Shown here piece by piece: positions 63,769 to 64,000 of a DNA stretch of 64,000 nucleotides. How positions within the stretch are numbered: position 1 is the stretch's first letter; each line of letters starts with the position of its first letter. Position numbers and translations under genes: made by a program. The notes under the pieces were generated by a model that saw only the letters and a list, made by a program, of their open reading frames with translations, did not search any database and was not told the origin of the DNA. Origin of the DNA: Amphiura filiformis (taxonomy: Eukaryota); contig NC_092633.1 of assembly GCF_039555335.1 (NCBI RefSeq), positions 21,228,334-21,292,333 of the forward strand, in the 5' to 3' direction.

Positions 63769-64000
63769 CTGTAGTACACTCGTCAATACCCGCCACACCT
63801 GTCTCGCATGTACTAGCAATGTAATTACTAGAAACTAGCGGAGAAATTGAATTCACGAAGTAGAAGATCAGACGTAGATCATAACTGGTCGCCTGATTCA
63901 AGTCGGTCAAAATAAACATATTTCTATCTCCAGAAATCTGAGTTCCATTTGTCCAGCTGTCTGTATTTGCTTGGCGAAACTGTGGTTGCACATAATCCAC
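63769..64000 (-). CDS. Minus-strand gene, exon with preceding FN3-like repeat end plus Cys-containing linker; continues beyond the window
   Basis: '..VQPQFRQANTDSWTNGTQISGDRNMFILTDLNQATSYDLRLIFYFVNSISPLVSSNYIASTCETGVAGIDECTT'. Donor 'actacag|gtaact' is phase 1 and joins 'at' of the next exon to give D. Confidence 0.5.

Noticed and set aside
1-64000. Prokaryotic defence or other novel operon-type system
   Set aside because: The sequence has GT-AG introns with phase-consistent exons, kringle/SEA/EGF/FN3 domains, LINEs, MITEs and satellites, and is AT-rich. Nothing indicates bacterial or archaeal origin, so the novelty here lies in gene architecture and mobile-element content.

Overview
This window is eukaryotic (metazoan) nuclear DNA, not a prokaryotic locus. 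It is AT-rich and intron-rich, densely packed with MITEs, foldback elements, LINE fragments and satellites, and shows canonical GT-AG introns with phase-consistent exons. I found no prokaryotic operons, CRISPR arrays or defence systems.

The main content:

- **Two tandem paralogous copies of a 7-exon membrane-tethered mucin-like gene, both on the + strand.**
  - The mucin-type Pro/Thr/Ser-rich (PTS) tandem-repeat domain is built from (TTTPVP)n and (STEGSN)n repeats.
  - It is followed by a SEA domain with the GSVIV autoproteolysis motif, an EGF-like domain, a transmembrane helix and a ~190-aa cytoplasmic tail.
  - Copy A exons lie at 8596-17352 and copy B exons at 49318-57408. The duplicated segments run ~8037-17590 and ~48632-57600, about 40.6 kb apart.
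  - The copies differ by transposon presence/absence insertions, PTS repeat number and in-frame indels.
- **Two single-exon kringle domains on the + strand between the copies, at 38122-38400 and 40739-41002.** Both are phase 1-1 and phase-compatible with mucin exon 1 of copy B.
- **A third, partial gene on the - strand at 60356 to beyond 64000.** It encodes FN3 repeats, an RRKR furin site, an S/T stalk, a TM helix and a proline-rich tail.
- **Mobile elements and repeats.** Mobile elements:
  - a LINE fragment carrying a canonical 2A-like motif (DVEQNPGP) upstream of its AP-endonuclease domain;
  - a nested Tc1/mariner insertion;
  - a tandem array of 1.69-kb L1/Tx1-like LINE tails;
  - several MITE families, one with reciprocal insertions in the two mucin copies and one flanked by TTAA.

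  Satellites and tandem repeats:
  - a satellite whose units each contain a perfect AGGTCAAAGGTCA (DR1-type) direct repeat;
  - a tandem array of palindromic 57-bp units.

All coordinates come from manual reading. Splice sites and domain calls are inferences from sequence patterns, and no database searches were run.
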